From the NCBI GenBank assembly GCA_958296175.1, contig OY282448.1, forward strand, positions 2,150,612-2,214,611: 64,000 nucleotides of DNA, given 5' to 3'. The translations under genes were made by a program, and so were the position numbers. Of this stretch, positions 52,966-62,775 are shown piece by piece. The number at the start of each line of letters is the position of its first letter. Position 1 is the stretch's first letter. Below the pieces are notes generated by a model. That model saw nothing but the letters and a program-made list of their open reading frames with translations. It had not been told where the DNA came from and made no database searches. The stretch is from an uncultured Chloroflexota bacterium. Lineage in GTDB: Bacteria > Chloroflexota > UBA11872.

Positions 52966-54570
52966 ATGACCGCCGGCGACAGCACGCGCTGGGCCACCGG
53001 ACGCGATCCGGTGGTCGGCTCGCAGGCCATGATTTCGACCGGCCACCCACTGGCGACGGAGGCCGGGCTGCGCGTGCTGCGCGGCGGCGGCAACGCCTTC
53101 GACGCCGTGGTGTGCGCGGCGGCGGTGATCGCGGTGGTGGAGCCGCACACCAATCAGGTTGGGGGCGACGTGTTTGCGTTGTGCCTGCCGGCCGGCGCCG
53201 AGCAACCGACGGCCATCAACGCCAGCGGCCCGGCGCCGGCGGCGCTGGACGTGCGCACGTTTGGCGACGACATTCCCGAGCACGGCGTCAACGCCGCCAC
53301 CGTGCCCGGCGCGGTGAAGGCATGGGAGACCCTGCTGGAACGCTTTGGCACGCTGAGCCTGGCAGACGCGCTGGGTCCGGCCGTTGCCTACGCCAGTGAG
53401 GGAGCGCCTGTCGATCTGGACACCGCGCGCGCCATCGCCGCGGCTGCGCCGGCGTTGGCGCGGCTGGGCGCGTCGGCGCAGAGCTTTCTGCCCGACGGTG
53501 CGCTGCCGCGGCCCGGCGCGCGGCTGCGCCAGCCCGACCTGGCCCAGACGCTGCGGCAGATTGCCGCCGACGGCGCCGACGGCTTTTACAAGGGCGCGTT
53601 CGCCGACGCGCTGGTGCGCGCGTCGGCGCGGGAGGGCGGCGCGTTTTCGCACCGCGACCTGGCCGAGTACGACTGCGAGGTGACGGCGCCGCTGCGCACC
53701 TATTACCGCGGCTTCGAGATGCTGGGGCAGCCCCTGCCGTCGCAAGGGTTCCTGCTGCTGGAGCAGCTGAACGTAGCGGAAGGATTCGAGCTGCCGGAGC
53801 TGGAATTCGGCGACCCCGGCCTGCTGCACCTCATGATCGAGTGCAAGAAGGCGGCTTTTGCCGACCGTCTGGCGCACGCCGGGGACCCCCGCCGGGTGTC
53901 CGTGCCCATGGCGCGCCTGCTCAGCAAGGAATTCGCGGCGCAGCGGCGCATGTCCATCGATCCCGCGCGCGCGTCCAAACGCCCGTCGCCCGGCGACCCC
54001 AGCGCGTCCGGCCGCGACACCACCGCGCTGTCGGCCGTGGACGCGGACGGGAACGCGGTCACGTTCATCCAGAGCGTGTTCGCCAGTTTCGGGTCGGCCT
54101 ACGTGGTGCCGGGCACGGGGGTGCTGCTGAACAACCGCATGCGCGGGTTTTCGCTCGATCCGTCCAGCCCGAACCTGTGCGCGGGCGGCGCGCGGCCCCT
54201 GCACACCCTCAACACCTACATGGTGCGCCACGAGGCCGACCTGCTGCTGCTGGGCGCCTCGCCGGGCGGGCAGTATCAGGTGCAGACCAACGCGCAGGTG
54301 GTCTCGAACGTCATCGACCACGCCATGCACTGGCAGGCGGCCATCGACGCGCCGCGTTGGTATCACGTGGAGGACACGGGCGCCGTGATTCTGGAAGACC
54401 GCTTCGACTACGCCGTGGCCGGCGAGCTGGAACGCCGCGGCCACACCGTGCAGCTGGAGGCGCCGTTCACGACCTATTCGCGCGCGCAAGGGATAATGCT
54501 CGACCCGGCCACGGGCGCGCGCATCGGCGCGACGGACCCGCGCTGGCACGGGCAGGTGTTGGGGTTTTAG
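52966..54570 (+). CDS. ggt: Gamma-glutamyltranspeptidase
   Basis: GGNAFDAVVCAAAV N-terminus and autoprocessing/catalytic Thr region DTTALSAVDADGNAV. Confidence 0.85.
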   Translation: MTAGDSTRWATGRDPVVGSQAMISTGHPLATEAGLRVLRGGGNAFDAVVCAAAVIAVVEPHTNQVGGDVFALCLPAGAEQPTAINASGPAPAALDVRTFGDDIPEHGVNAATVPGAVKAWETLLERFGTLSLADALGPAVAYASEGAPVDLDTARAIAAAAPALARLGASAQSFLPDGALPRPGARLRQPDLAQTLRQIAADGADGFYKGAFADALVRASAREGGAFSHRDLAEYDCEVTAPLRTYYRGFEMLGQPLPSQGFLLLEQLNVAEGFELPELEFGDPGLLHLMIECKKAAFADRLAHAGDPRRVSVPMARLLSKEFAAQRRMSIDPARASKRPSPGDPSASGRDTTALSAVDADGNAVTFIQSVFASFGSAYVVPGTGVLLNNRMRGFSLDPSSPNLCAGGARPLHTLNTYMVRHEADLLLLGASPGGQYQVQTNAQVVSNVIDHAMHWQAAIDAPRWYHVEDTGAVILEDRFDYAVAGELERRGHTVQLEAPFTTYSRAQGIMLDPATGARIGATDPRWHGQVLGF

Positions 54571-54633
54571 CGTGGGCGGCGGAACGCCTGCGGCCGCGCA
54601 CCGTACGCCGTCGGTGAGGCCGCCGCCGGCAAA

Positions 54634-56217
54634 GTGAGGAACCACGTGCCTCCGTCCGACGCTTCGAGCGCGCCGCCAGCCCCGGCGCGGGCCTGGCTGG
54701 TGCTGATTGTGGCGTTCTTTTCCGGCATGACCGTGCTGGCCGTGGAGATCAGCGCCTCGCGGCTGCTGGCGCCCTTCTTCGGTACCAGCATCATCATCTG
54801 GGCGGTGGTGATCGGCCTGACGCTGCTGTACCTCTCCGTGGGCTACTGGCTGGGCGGCCGCGCGGCCGACCGGCGGCCGCACGCGGCGACGCTGTTCCAC
54901 GTGGTGGCGATCGGGGCGTTTCTGGTGGGGCTGGTGCCGTTTCTGGCGCGGCCGGTGCTCAGCGTGTCGTCGCAGGCCATCGCTTCCGTCAGCGGCGGGT
55001 TGTTCTTCGGGTCGCTGGTGGGCGTGCTGCTGCTGCTGGCCGCGCCGCTGACGCTGCTGGGGATGGTCTCGCCGTTTGCCATCCGCCTGCTCACGCACGA
55101 CGTGCGCCACGCCGGCAAGCGCGCCGGCCAGGTGTTTGCCGTCAGCACCGTGGGCAGCATTATGGGGGCGTTCATCCCCGTGCTGATTCTGACCCCCACG
55201 GTTGGCACGCGCTCCACCTTCTTGATCTTTGCCGTGGGGCTGCTGGCGCTGGCGCTGGCGGCCACCAGCATCCTGCGGCGCCGCGCCGTCTACGCGGTGC
55301 TGCTGGCGATCCTGATCGTCCTGTGGGTGGCGGTGAACCCGGGCCCGGTGCGGCCCGCCGACGGTCTGGTGACGGAGGGCGAGTCGGCGTTGCAGTTCTT
55401 CCAAGTCATCGACCAGCCCGGCATCGGGCGCCGCCTGGTGCTGAACGAAGGCATCGGCACGCACTCGATTTACAACCCGCAGCGCCTGCTGACCGACGGG
55501 CCGTGGGACTACTTCCTGCTGGCGCCGTTCATCGGCGGCCAGCAGGCGCAGGACGTGGAATCGCTGCTCGTCATTGGATTGGGCGCGGGCACGGTCTCGA
55601 AGCAGTACACGACCGTGTTCGGCGGGGACGTGGCGATCGACGGGGTGGAGATCGACGACCGGGTGATCGACGTCGGCCGCGAGTACTTCGACATGAACGA
55701 GCCGAACCTGACCACGTTTGCCGAAGACGGCCGCGCGTTCCTGCAACGGGTCGACCGCCGCTACGACGTGATTGCCGTGGACGCCTATCGGCAGCCGTAC
55801 ATCCCATTCCACCTCGTCACGCAGGAGTTCTTCGCCGCCGCCCGCCAGCGGCTGGCCGCGGACGGCGTGCTGGCCTTGAACGCGGGCCGCACCGCCACCG
55901 ACTTTCGGCTGGTGGGCGTGTTGTCCGAGACGATGCGGTCGGTGTTCCCGTACGTCTACGTGATCGACCTGCCCTCGGGGTTTTCCAACAGCCTGATCTA
56001 CGGGTCGCTGCGTCCGGTGAGTCCGGCGGAATTGCGCGCGCGCGCGCTGGCCGCGGGCGGCGCGGCGCTGACCGAGATTGCCGCTCGCCCCTGGGAGCTG
56101 CGCGCGGTTGACCGCGCCGACACGGTTTACACCGACGACCTTGCGCCGGTAGAGCGCTTGATCGACGACATCATCGTGCGCGAGGCGCTGGGAGGAACCT
56201 CGGGCCGCCAACGCTAG
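54634..56217 (+). CDS. Membrane-fused spermidine-synthase-like polyamine aminopropyltransferase family protein
   Basis: N-terminal ~7 TM helices followed by a PABS/SAM-MTase-like domain (VIGLGAGTVSK...DVIAVDAY). Confidence 0.75.
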   Translation: MRNHVPPSDASSAPPAPARAWLVLIVAFFSGMTVLAVEISASRLLAPFFGTSIIIWAVVIGLTLLYLSVGYWLGGRAADRRPHAATLFHVVAIGAFLVGLVPFLARPVLSVSSQAIASVSGGLFFGSLVGVLLLLAAPLTLLGMVSPFAIRLLTHDVRHAGKRAGQVFAVSTVGSIMGAFIPVLILTPTVGTRSTFLIFAVGLLALALAATSILRRRAVYAVLLAILIVLWVAVNPGPVRPADGLVTEGESALQFFQVIDQPGIGRRLVLNEGIGTHSIYNPQRLLTDGPWDYFLLAPFIGGQQAQDVESLLVIGLGAGTVSKQYTTVFGGDVAIDGVEIDDRVIDVGREYFDMNEPNLTTFAEDGRAFLQRVDRRYDVIAVDAYRQPYIPFHLVTQEFFAAARQRLAADGVLALNAGRTATDFRLVGVLSETMRSVFPYVYVIDLPSGFSNSLIYGSLRPVSPAELRARALAAGGAALTEIAARPWELRAVDRADTVYTDDLAPVERLIDDIIVREALGGTSGRQR

Positions 56218-56311
56218 GCGGGTCGTCTGCCCGGCGCGGGCCCGCGCGCCCGACGGGACGCCGGGCGCGCCTATACTTTCAGTGCCGCCGCTGCCACGTC
56301 GAGAGCGCGTT

Positions 56312-57154
56312 ATGCCGACGCTCGTTCCTGCCCTGCACCCCGCTACGGTCGCGCGGGCGTCCGACTTGTGCGAATACCTGGACGCCGCGGCCGCGGCAGG
56401 ATTCCAGGCCGCGGACTTCGACATGACGCTCGCGCACGCGCTGCAGGAACGAGACGGACGCGACGCGGTGATCGAAGCCTTCGCGTCGCGCGGCGTACGC
56501 GCCGGCGGCTGGGGCAGCGGCGCGCCGGTGGTCGGGTCGGACGCCGAGTTCATGCAAGGCCTGGAGCAGGCGGCCGCATTCGCCGAGCTGGGCGCGGCCC
56601 TGGGCGCGCGCGCGGCCGCAGTGGTCGTTCCCAACCGCACCTACGCGCCGCGCGGCGAGGCGCTGGACGCTCTGGCGCTGCGCATGGGTGATCTGGCGGA
56701 CGCCGCGGCCGCCGCAGGCGTGGCGCTGTCGCTGGAGTTCATCGGGCCAAACCTCTGGCCAGAGCGTCCGCACGAGCTGTTCTGCGGCATTCGCGGCACG
56801 CTCGATCTGATCGAGCGCATCGGGCGCGTGAACGTGGGCGTGCTCTTCGACACGTATCACTTCCACTGCGGTGACAGCACCCTGGACGACATCCGGCTGG
56901 CCGGGCGCGCCATCAACCACGTGCATCTGAACGACGCGCCGCCGGGGGACCCGGCCGGTTTTGACGACAGCGTGCGCCGCCTGCCCGGCGATGGCGTGAT
57001 CGATCTGGCGGCCGTGACCGCCGCGCTCGACGCGGCCGGCTATGCGGGGCCGGGCGGCGTGGAAATCTTCGACGACGCGCTGCGCGCCGCTCCCATCGCC
57101 GAAGGCGCGGCCAGGGTCGCGGCCGCCTGCCGCCGAACGTTCGGCGCGCTCTGA
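56312..57154 (+). CDS. Sugar phosphate isomerase/epimerase (xylose isomerase-like TIM barrel)
   Basis: TIM-barrel AP-endonuclease-2-like pattern (HVHLNDAPPGDPAGFDD); internal Met start MPTLVP. Confidence 0.7.
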   Translation: MPTLVPALHPATVARASDLCEYLDAAAAAGFQAADFDMTLAHALQERDGRDAVIEAFASRGVRAGGWGSGAPVVGSDAEFMQGLEQAAAFAELGAALGARAAAVVVPNRTYAPRGEALDALALRMGDLADAAAAAGVALSLEFIGPNLWPERPHELFCGIRGTLDLIERIGRVNVGVLFDTYHFHCGDSTLDDIRLAGRAINHVHLNDAPPGDPAGFDDSVRRLPGDGVIDLAAVTAALDAAGYAGPGGVEIFDDALRAAPIAEGAARVAAACRRTFGAL

Positions 57155-57334
57155 CGGCGGCCAGGTACGTGAAGCGCGCGGTTCGCGGTGGAACGGCCCC
57201 GTGGTGACGGGCGGCGTGCGGCGCACCGCCGCGCCCGCGCGGCGGGCAGCGATTCCGCGGTGGGACCGCGGGCGGCGATGCGAACGGACGCAGCGCGCGG
57301 CGTTGCGCCTGGGCGCCGCGCGACGCATTCTGGG

Positions 57335-58639
57335 ATGATGGATGACGGCGTGAAACGACAGAAACAGCGGCAGACGCGCGGCGCGCGGCGAATCTCGCGG
57401 CGCGGCTTCGTGATCGCCGCGGCCGGCGGCGCGCTCGGCGTGCTGGCGGCCTGCGGAGACGAGCCGGCGCCCGTGCAGCCCCCCGCCCAACCGGCCGCGG
57501 CTCCCGCCGCGCCGGCGGCGCCCGCAACCCAACCATCGCCCACGGCCGCGCTCGCCGCCGCCGCCAGACCGGCGCCGGCGCCGGCGCCGACGGTGGCGGC
57601 GCCGCGTCCCACGCGCGCCGTCACGACGCCCGCGGCCACTCCCGCGCCCACGACGCCGCCGCCGCCCACGGCCGCGCCCACCTCCACGCCCATGCCGACG
57701 CCTACGCCCGAACCTACGCCCACCGAGCCGCCCATTCTGTCGCCGTTGACCGGCCGCGCCGTCAGCGCCGAGGTGGCCGCGCGGCGGGTCGTAGCCGTCA
57801 AGATCGACAACGCGCCCTCGGCGCGCCCGCAGAGCGGCCTCAGCACCGCCGACGTCGTGTACGAACATCTCACCGAAGGCCCGGTGACCCGCTACACCGC
57901 GTTCTTCCAGGAGAGCGGCGCGCAGCAGGTGGGGCCGATCCGCAGCTCGCGCTTCGTGGACCGTGACCTGGTGCAGCAGTTCGACGCGCTCTTCGTCCAC
58001 GTGGGCGCCAGCCCGCCGGTGATGGATGACCTGCGCGCGGCGCCGGTGGCCGATCTCGACCAGTTCTTCTACGACGAAACGCGGCCGTATTACCGCGTGT
58101 CCAGCCGCCCCGCGCCGTTCAACATGTACGCAAACCTGGCCTGGCTGCGCGACGCCGGCGCGGCGCGGCATCCGCAGCGGCGAGAGATCCCGAGCCTGCG
58201 CTTCTATGCCGCCGAACCCGACCTGGGCTCGCTGTCCACGCTGCGAATCCCCGCCGGGCCGCGCACGCTCTTCCAGTCCGAATACGCCTTCGACGCCGAG
58301 GCGCGCCGCTGGCGCAGGTCCATCGGCGGCACGCTGGACGTGGACGCGGAAACGGGGGACGCCGTGGCCGTGGAAAACGTGATCGTGCAGCGCGTGTCAT
58401 CGAGGCTGACGGAACACGACGAAGACTCGCTGGGCAACAAGTCGCTCTGGATCGGCACCACCGGCGAAGGCGCGGTGAGCGTCTTCCGCGACGGCGCGCG
58501 CCATGACGGCGTCTGGCGGCGCGCCTCGCCCACGGACGTGACGGAGTTCTTCGACGCCGACGGAGCGCCGCTCGACTTGCGGCCCGGCCAGACCTGGGTG
58601 CATCTGTTGTCCGACGCAGACGCGATCGAGGTTCAGTGA
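57335..58639 (+). CDS. DUF3048 domain-containing Tat lipoprotein
   Basis: Twin-arginine signal and lipobox (SRRGFVIAAAGGALGVLAAC), ~90 aa Pro/Ala/Thr linker, DUF3048-like C-terminal domain (VVAVKIDNAP...VYEHLTEG...). Confidence 0.7.
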   Translation: MMDDGVKRQKQRQTRGARRISRRGFVIAAAGGALGVLAACGDEPAPVQPPAQPAAAPAAPAAPATQPSPTAALAAAARPAPAPAPTVAAPRPTRAVTTPAATPAPTTPPPPTAAPTSTPMPTPTPEPTPTEPPILSPLTGRAVSAEVAARRVVAVKIDNAPSARPQSGLSTADVVYEHLTEGPVTRYTAFFQESGAQQVGPIRSSRFVDRDLVQQFDALFVHVGASPPVMDDLRAAPVADLDQFFYDETRPYYRVSSRPAPFNMYANLAWLRDAGAARHPQRREIPSLRFYAAEPDLGSLSTLRIPAGPRTLFQSEYAFDAEARRWRRSIGGTLDVDAETGDAVAVENVIVQRVSSRLTEHDEDSLGNKSLWIGTTGEGAVSVFRDGARHDGVWRRASPTDVTEFFDADGAPLDLRPGQTWVHLLSDADAIEVQ

Positions 58640-59688
58640 ACGCCGCGCCGGGGGCCGCGCCCACGAGTCGACCCGCGGCTGACCCGCCGGTCGTTCTGAT
58701 TCCGCAGCAGCACGCGCACCGCTTCCGTCCGCACCACAACATCGTCGAGGCCGCGGGCGGGCGCGTGGAGGTGGTCGACCTGCACGACGCCGAGGCGCGT
58801 CGGGAGGCGCTCGGCCGCGCGGCGGCGGCGGCCGTGGGGCTGGACGGGTTCGACGGCCGCGACTTTGCAGCTGCGCCGAACCTGCGCGCGATCGTGACCT
58901 GCACGACCGGCGTCGACCCCATCGACCTGGACGCGGCCACCGCGCACGGCGTGATGGTGGGCAACACGCCGGACCTCTGCATCGAAGAAGTGGCCGACCA
59001 CGCGCTGCTACTGCTGCTGGCCTGCTACCGACGGCTTCCTCGCTTGCTGCATCTGGCGCGCGCGCGTGCGCCGCGGCGCGAGGACCTCATCGATCCCGCC
59101 GAACACTGCCCGCGCCTGCGGGGACAGACGGCGGCGCTGTTGGGCTTCGGCAACATTGCGCGCGCCGCCGCGCCGCGCTGCCAGGCCTTTGGCCTGCGCG
59201 TAATTGCGTACGACCCCTTTGTCGAGCCTGCCCTGGCCGCCGATCTGGGCGTGGAGCTGGTCGACGTCGACCAGGCGCTGGCGCAGGCGGATTACCTCTC
59301 GGTGCACCTGCCGCTCAACCCGCAGACCTACCACCTGCTGGACGCGGCGGCCTTCGCGCGCATGAAACCGACGGCCTTCGTCATCAACACGGCGCGCGGT
59401 CCCGTAATCGACGAAGCCGCCCTGGCCGCGGCGCTGGACGCTGGCCAGATTGCGGGCGCGGGACTGGACGTAACCGAGGTCGAGCCGCTGGCCGACGACA
59501 ACCCCCTGCTTGCCATGCCCAACGTGGTGGTCACGCCGCACACCGCGGGCTATTCGCAGGACGCCTCCGCCTGGGGGCCGGAAAGCGCCATGCGCTGCGT
59601 GGCCGAGGTCGTGCGCGGCGGGCGGCCGCGGTCCGTGCAGAACCCCGCGGTGCTGGAGCGAGCGGAGTTCGCCGACCCCGCGCCATGA
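58636..59688 (+). CDS. D-isomer-specific 2-hydroxyacid dehydrogenase (NAD-binding)
   Basis: GFGNIARAAAPRCQAFGLRVIAYDP Rossmann motif; INTARGPVID; catalytic His in TPHTAG. Confidence 0.8.
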   Translation: MNAAPGAAPTSRPAADPPVVLIPQQHAHRFRPHHNIVEAAGGRVEVVDLHDAEARREALGRAAAAAVGLDGFDGRDFAAAPNLRAIVTCTTGVDPIDLDAATAHGVMVGNTPDLCIEEVADHALLLLLACYRRLPRLLHLARARAPRREDLIDPAEHCPRLRGQTAALLGFGNIARAAAPRCQAFGLRVIAYDPFVEPALAADLGVELVDVDQALAQADYLSVHLPLNPQTYHLLDAAAFARMKPTAFVINTARGPVIDEAALAAALDAGQIAGAGLDVTEVEPLADDNPLLAMPNVVVTPHTAGYSQDASAWGPESAMRCVAEVVRGGRPRSVQNPAVLERAEFADPAP

Positions 59689-59695
59689 GCTGCTG

Positions 59696-61279
59696 ATGGC
59701 CGTCCGATTCACCGCCTACGGCGGCGCGGGCGAGATCGGCGGCAACAAACTCCTGCTCGAAGACGGCGACTGGCAGGTCATGCTGGATTTTGGGCTGTCG
59801 TTCGGCGCGCTGGAACGCTATTTCGAGGAGTTCCTGACGCCGCGGGCCGCGCACGGCCTCTCCGACTACCTGCAGACCGGCCTGCTGCCGCCGTTGGAAG
59901 GCCTGTACCGCGCCGACCTCACCCAGCTGCCCGAGCACGCGCACGTCTGGGAGCGGCTGCGGGGCCGGCCCGGGTACCGAAACGACGTATGCCCGCGCGC
60001 GGTGCTGCTGAGCCACGCGCACGCCGACCACGTGAGCTACGTCTCCATGCTGCGCCCCAGCGTGCCTGTCGTGGCCAGCGCCACCACGGCGCTGATTGCC
60101 AAGGCCATGCAGGACAGCGGCCTGGGCGGCGTCAGTGCGCAGACGGTGTTCTGGAAGGGCAGCGTGACGCAGGGCCACGTGCTGCGGCAGCCCACCCGCA
60201 AGGGGTTCGTGTTCCAGCAGCGCCCCTGGACCATCGTGGACGGCGCCGCGTGGCAGCCGGGCGCGGCCGACTATTGGGCGCGGCGCTACACGAAGGGCGA
60301 GGCGCCCGAAACGCGCGCCGCCGTTCTGGGCGCGGGCGATATCGACGGGCGCGCGGTGCGCGCGTTTCCGGTCGACCATTCCATTCCCGGCGCCTGCGGC
60401 TTCGCCGTCGAGACGTCGGCGGGCTGGATTGGCTACAGCGGCGACATCCGCATGCACGGGCGGCGGGGGCGGCAGACGCTGCGGTTTGCCGAGGAACTGG
60501 CCAAGCTGGACCTGGCGGCGCTGATCTGCGAGGGCACGCAGGCGGGCAAGCCGCCGGGCGCGTCGGAAGACGACGTGCGCGCGCGCGCAATCGAGCGGGT
60601 GCGCGCCGAGCGCGGTTTGGTCGTGGCCGACTTCGGCCCCCGCAACATCGAGCGCCTGGAAGGGTTTCTGGCCGCGGCGCGCGCGGCGGGCCGCCGGCTG
60701 GTCATCCTGGACAAGGACGCCCTGATCCTGAAGGCCATGCGCACCGTCGACCCCGCCGTGCCCACGCCGGCAGCGTCCGAGGGTCTCCTGATCTACGCGG
60801 ACTATCGAACCGGCGCCCGCGGCTGGCGCGCCGCGGTGCTGGCTGAGTTTGCCGACGCGCTGGTCGGGCCGTCGGCCATTCGCGCCGCTCCCGGCGAGTA
60901 CGTGCTGTGCCTGAGTTTCTACGACGCGCCGCGCCTGCTGGACGTGGGGCCGACGCCCGGCGTCTGGATTTACTCGTCCAGCGAGCCGTACAACGAAGAG
61001 CAGCTGCTCGACCGGCGGCGTCTGCACAACTGGACCCGTCTGCTGGGGCTCGACTTTGCCGGGGCGATGGGGGACGACGAAGCCGAGCAGGCCGGGTTCC
61101 ACGCCTCCGGCCACGCCAGCGGGCCCGACCTGGAACAGTTTGTCACCATCGCCAACCCGCGCGTCCTGATTCCCGTGCATCTCCAGGACGACGGGCTGGC
61201 GTTCTATCTACGCACGTTCGGCGGGTCGTCCATCGACGTTCGCGAACCCCGCTGGGGCGAGCCGATTGACATCGGTTAG
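59696..61279 (+). CDS. MBL-fold metallo-hydrolase (RNase-J/beta-CASP-like architecture possible)
   Basis: LLSHAHADHV (HxHxDH) zinc motif ~100 aa from the N-terminus, ~527 aa; start at the internal Met of the 59510 ORF. Confidence 0.65.
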   Translation: MAVRFTAYGGAGEIGGNKLLLEDGDWQVMLDFGLSFGALERYFEEFLTPRAAHGLSDYLQTGLLPPLEGLYRADLTQLPEHAHVWERLRGRPGYRNDVCPRAVLLSHAHADHVSYVSMLRPSVPVVASATTALIAKAMQDSGLGGVSAQTVFWKGSVTQGHVLRQPTRKGFVFQQRPWTIVDGAAWQPGAADYWARRYTKGEAPETRAAVLGAGDIDGRAVRAFPVDHSIPGACGFAVETSAGWIGYSGDIRMHGRRGRQTLRFAEELAKLDLAALICEGTQAGKPPGASEDDVRARAIERVRAERGLVVADFGPRNIERLEGFLAAARAAGRRLVILDKDALILKAMRTVDPAVPTPAASEGLLIYADYRTGARGWRAAVLAEFADALVGPSAIRAAPGEYVLCLSFYDAPRLLDVGPTPGVWIYSSSEPYNEEQLLDRRRLHNWTRLLGLDFAGAMGDDEAEQAGFHASGHASGPDLEQFVTIANPRVLIPVHLQDDGLAFYLRTFGGSSIDVREPRWGEPIDIG

Positions 61280-61347
61280 CGTGCAGCTATTGACGGCCCA
61301 AGGGTCACGGCCGAATATCTTGTGAGCGCTCCCCCAGCCACGGCCTG

Positions 61348-62214
61348 ATGTCCCGCCGCGTCGTTGATTGCACGAAGGTTCTCCAGCACGGGCAAACGCC
61401 CGCGTTCGTCTCGCGTGAATTCGAGCGCGCGGGGCGGCCCGGCGCGCTCGATCACCGCGTGGAGATGGACGCCACCGCCGGCACGCACGTGCTGGCCCCG
61501 CGCCACTTCGTGCGCTGGGGCTCGGCCATTGCCGACCTGCCCGTCGAATCGTTCTTTGGCGAAGGCGTGGTTGCACAGATCGAGGTCACGGACGACGCGC
61601 CCGACATCGATTCGAACCGGCTGGAGGACGCGCTGGGCCGCCGTCTGCAAAACCACGACGTGGTGGTGGTCGCCGCCCGCGGCCGCGGGGCCGCGCCGTG
61701 TTTCACGGCGCAGGCGGCGCAGTGGTTGTTCGTGCGCGGCGCCAAACTGGTCGCGCTGGCGGACGGCGTGGTGGTGGGGCGCGCGGCCGAACCCGACGAC
61801 GAGCGCGTGATTCTGAGCACGCTGCTGGAGACGAACGTGCCCGTGGTGCGCGGCCTGGTGAACACCGACGCGCTGAGTTCCGAGCGCATGGCGTTCATGG
61901 CCGTGCCCGCCGCCGCAGCCGGGGTGACGGCCTGGCCGGTGCGGTTCGTGGCGCTCGATCCAGGGCCGCCGCCCGAGGCGGGCGCCGCCCCGGCGCCTGA
62001 GACCGCGCCGGCGGCGGCCGCGGCGCCGCAGGGCGCCGCCGCCCCCGAGCAAAGCTCCCCAGCCGCAGCAGCAGACAATGCCGACGCCGCGCCCGCCGAG
62101 GCGCCGTCCGACGCTGAAGACGGCGCTGCCCCCGATGGCAGCGCCGACGCGCCTGCCGAGACGCCCTCGCCCGGAGAACGACCCGAGGCGCCCCCCGACC
62201 GGCCCGCGGGTTGA
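61348..62214 (+). CDS. Cyclase family protein (kynurenine-formamidase-like, PF04199) with Pro/Ala-rich acidic C-terminal tail
   Basis: Partial match to the cyclase motif HxGTHxDxPxH (AGTHVLAPRHF); C-terminal ~90 aa low complexity. Confidence 0.65.
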   Translation: MSRRVVDCTKVLQHGQTPAFVSREFERAGRPGALDHRVEMDATAGTHVLAPRHFVRWGSAIADLPVESFFGEGVVAQIEVTDDAPDIDSNRLEDALGRRLQNHDVVVVAARGRGAAPCFTAQAAQWLFVRGAKLVALADGVVVGRAAEPDDERVILSTLLETNVPVVRGLVNTDALSSERMAFMAVPAAAAGVTAWPVRFVALDPGPPPEAGAAPAPETAPAAAAAPQGAAAPEQSSPAAAADNADAAPAEAPSDAEDGAAPDGSADAPAETPSPGERPEAPPDRPAG

Positions 62215-62232
62215 GCGGAACCATCCGCGGAG

Positions 62233-62775
62233 TCAGGAACGATTTGGAAACAGCAGCTCGTCGCCCACGTAAATCGTGTAGGGATCGTCGATGGCGTTCA
62301 GCTCCGCGATCTCCTGAAAGCCGTAGCCGTAGCGGCTGGCAATGGCCGCCAGCGTGTCGCCGGGCTGCACGGTCACCAGGAAGTAGCGCGCCGGCGTCGT
62401 TTCGCGCACCGGAATCGCGGTGGGCGTCAGCGGGCGCTCCACGGGTCCCGGCGCGGCTGGCAGGTCGATGACGATCGGTTCGGGAGTGACCGGAATGACC
62501 GCCGGCGGCGGCTGCGTGCGCGCGGGGCGCACGGGCGCTTCTGTGGGGCGCAGCACGTCGGGAATGGTCGGCGGGCTGCGCAGGCTGCGGTCGGCCAGCA
62601 GCACGAACACGACGCTGGCGGCCAGCAACGCCACGACCGCCAGCCCGGCATACACGCCGGCGCCCGCCGCGGCGCGATCCGGCGGCGTCCCCGCCGGCTG
62701 GCGCTCAGGTTCGTTTCCAACCAAACGACCTCGATTCGCCACCGCTGCGCTGTCTAACAAAAGGCCATGCCGCAC
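62233..62775 (-). CDS. LysM domain-containing membrane protein
   Basis: One TM helix, Pro-rich linker, C-terminal LysM (VQPGDTLAAIASRYGYGFQEIAELNAIDDPYTIYVGDELLFP). True start may be the TTG at ~62724, since the ORF start overlaps the divergent GH2 start. Confidence 0.65.
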   Translation of the reverse strand: MRHGLLLDSAAVANRGRLVGNEPERQPAGTPPDRAAAGAGVYAGLAVVALLAASVVFVLLADRSLRSPPTIPDVLRPTEAPVRPARTQPPPAVIPVTPEPIVIDLPAAPGPVERPLTPTAIPVRETTPARYFLVTVQPGDTLAAIASRYGYGFQEIAELNAIDDPYTIYVGDELLFPNRS

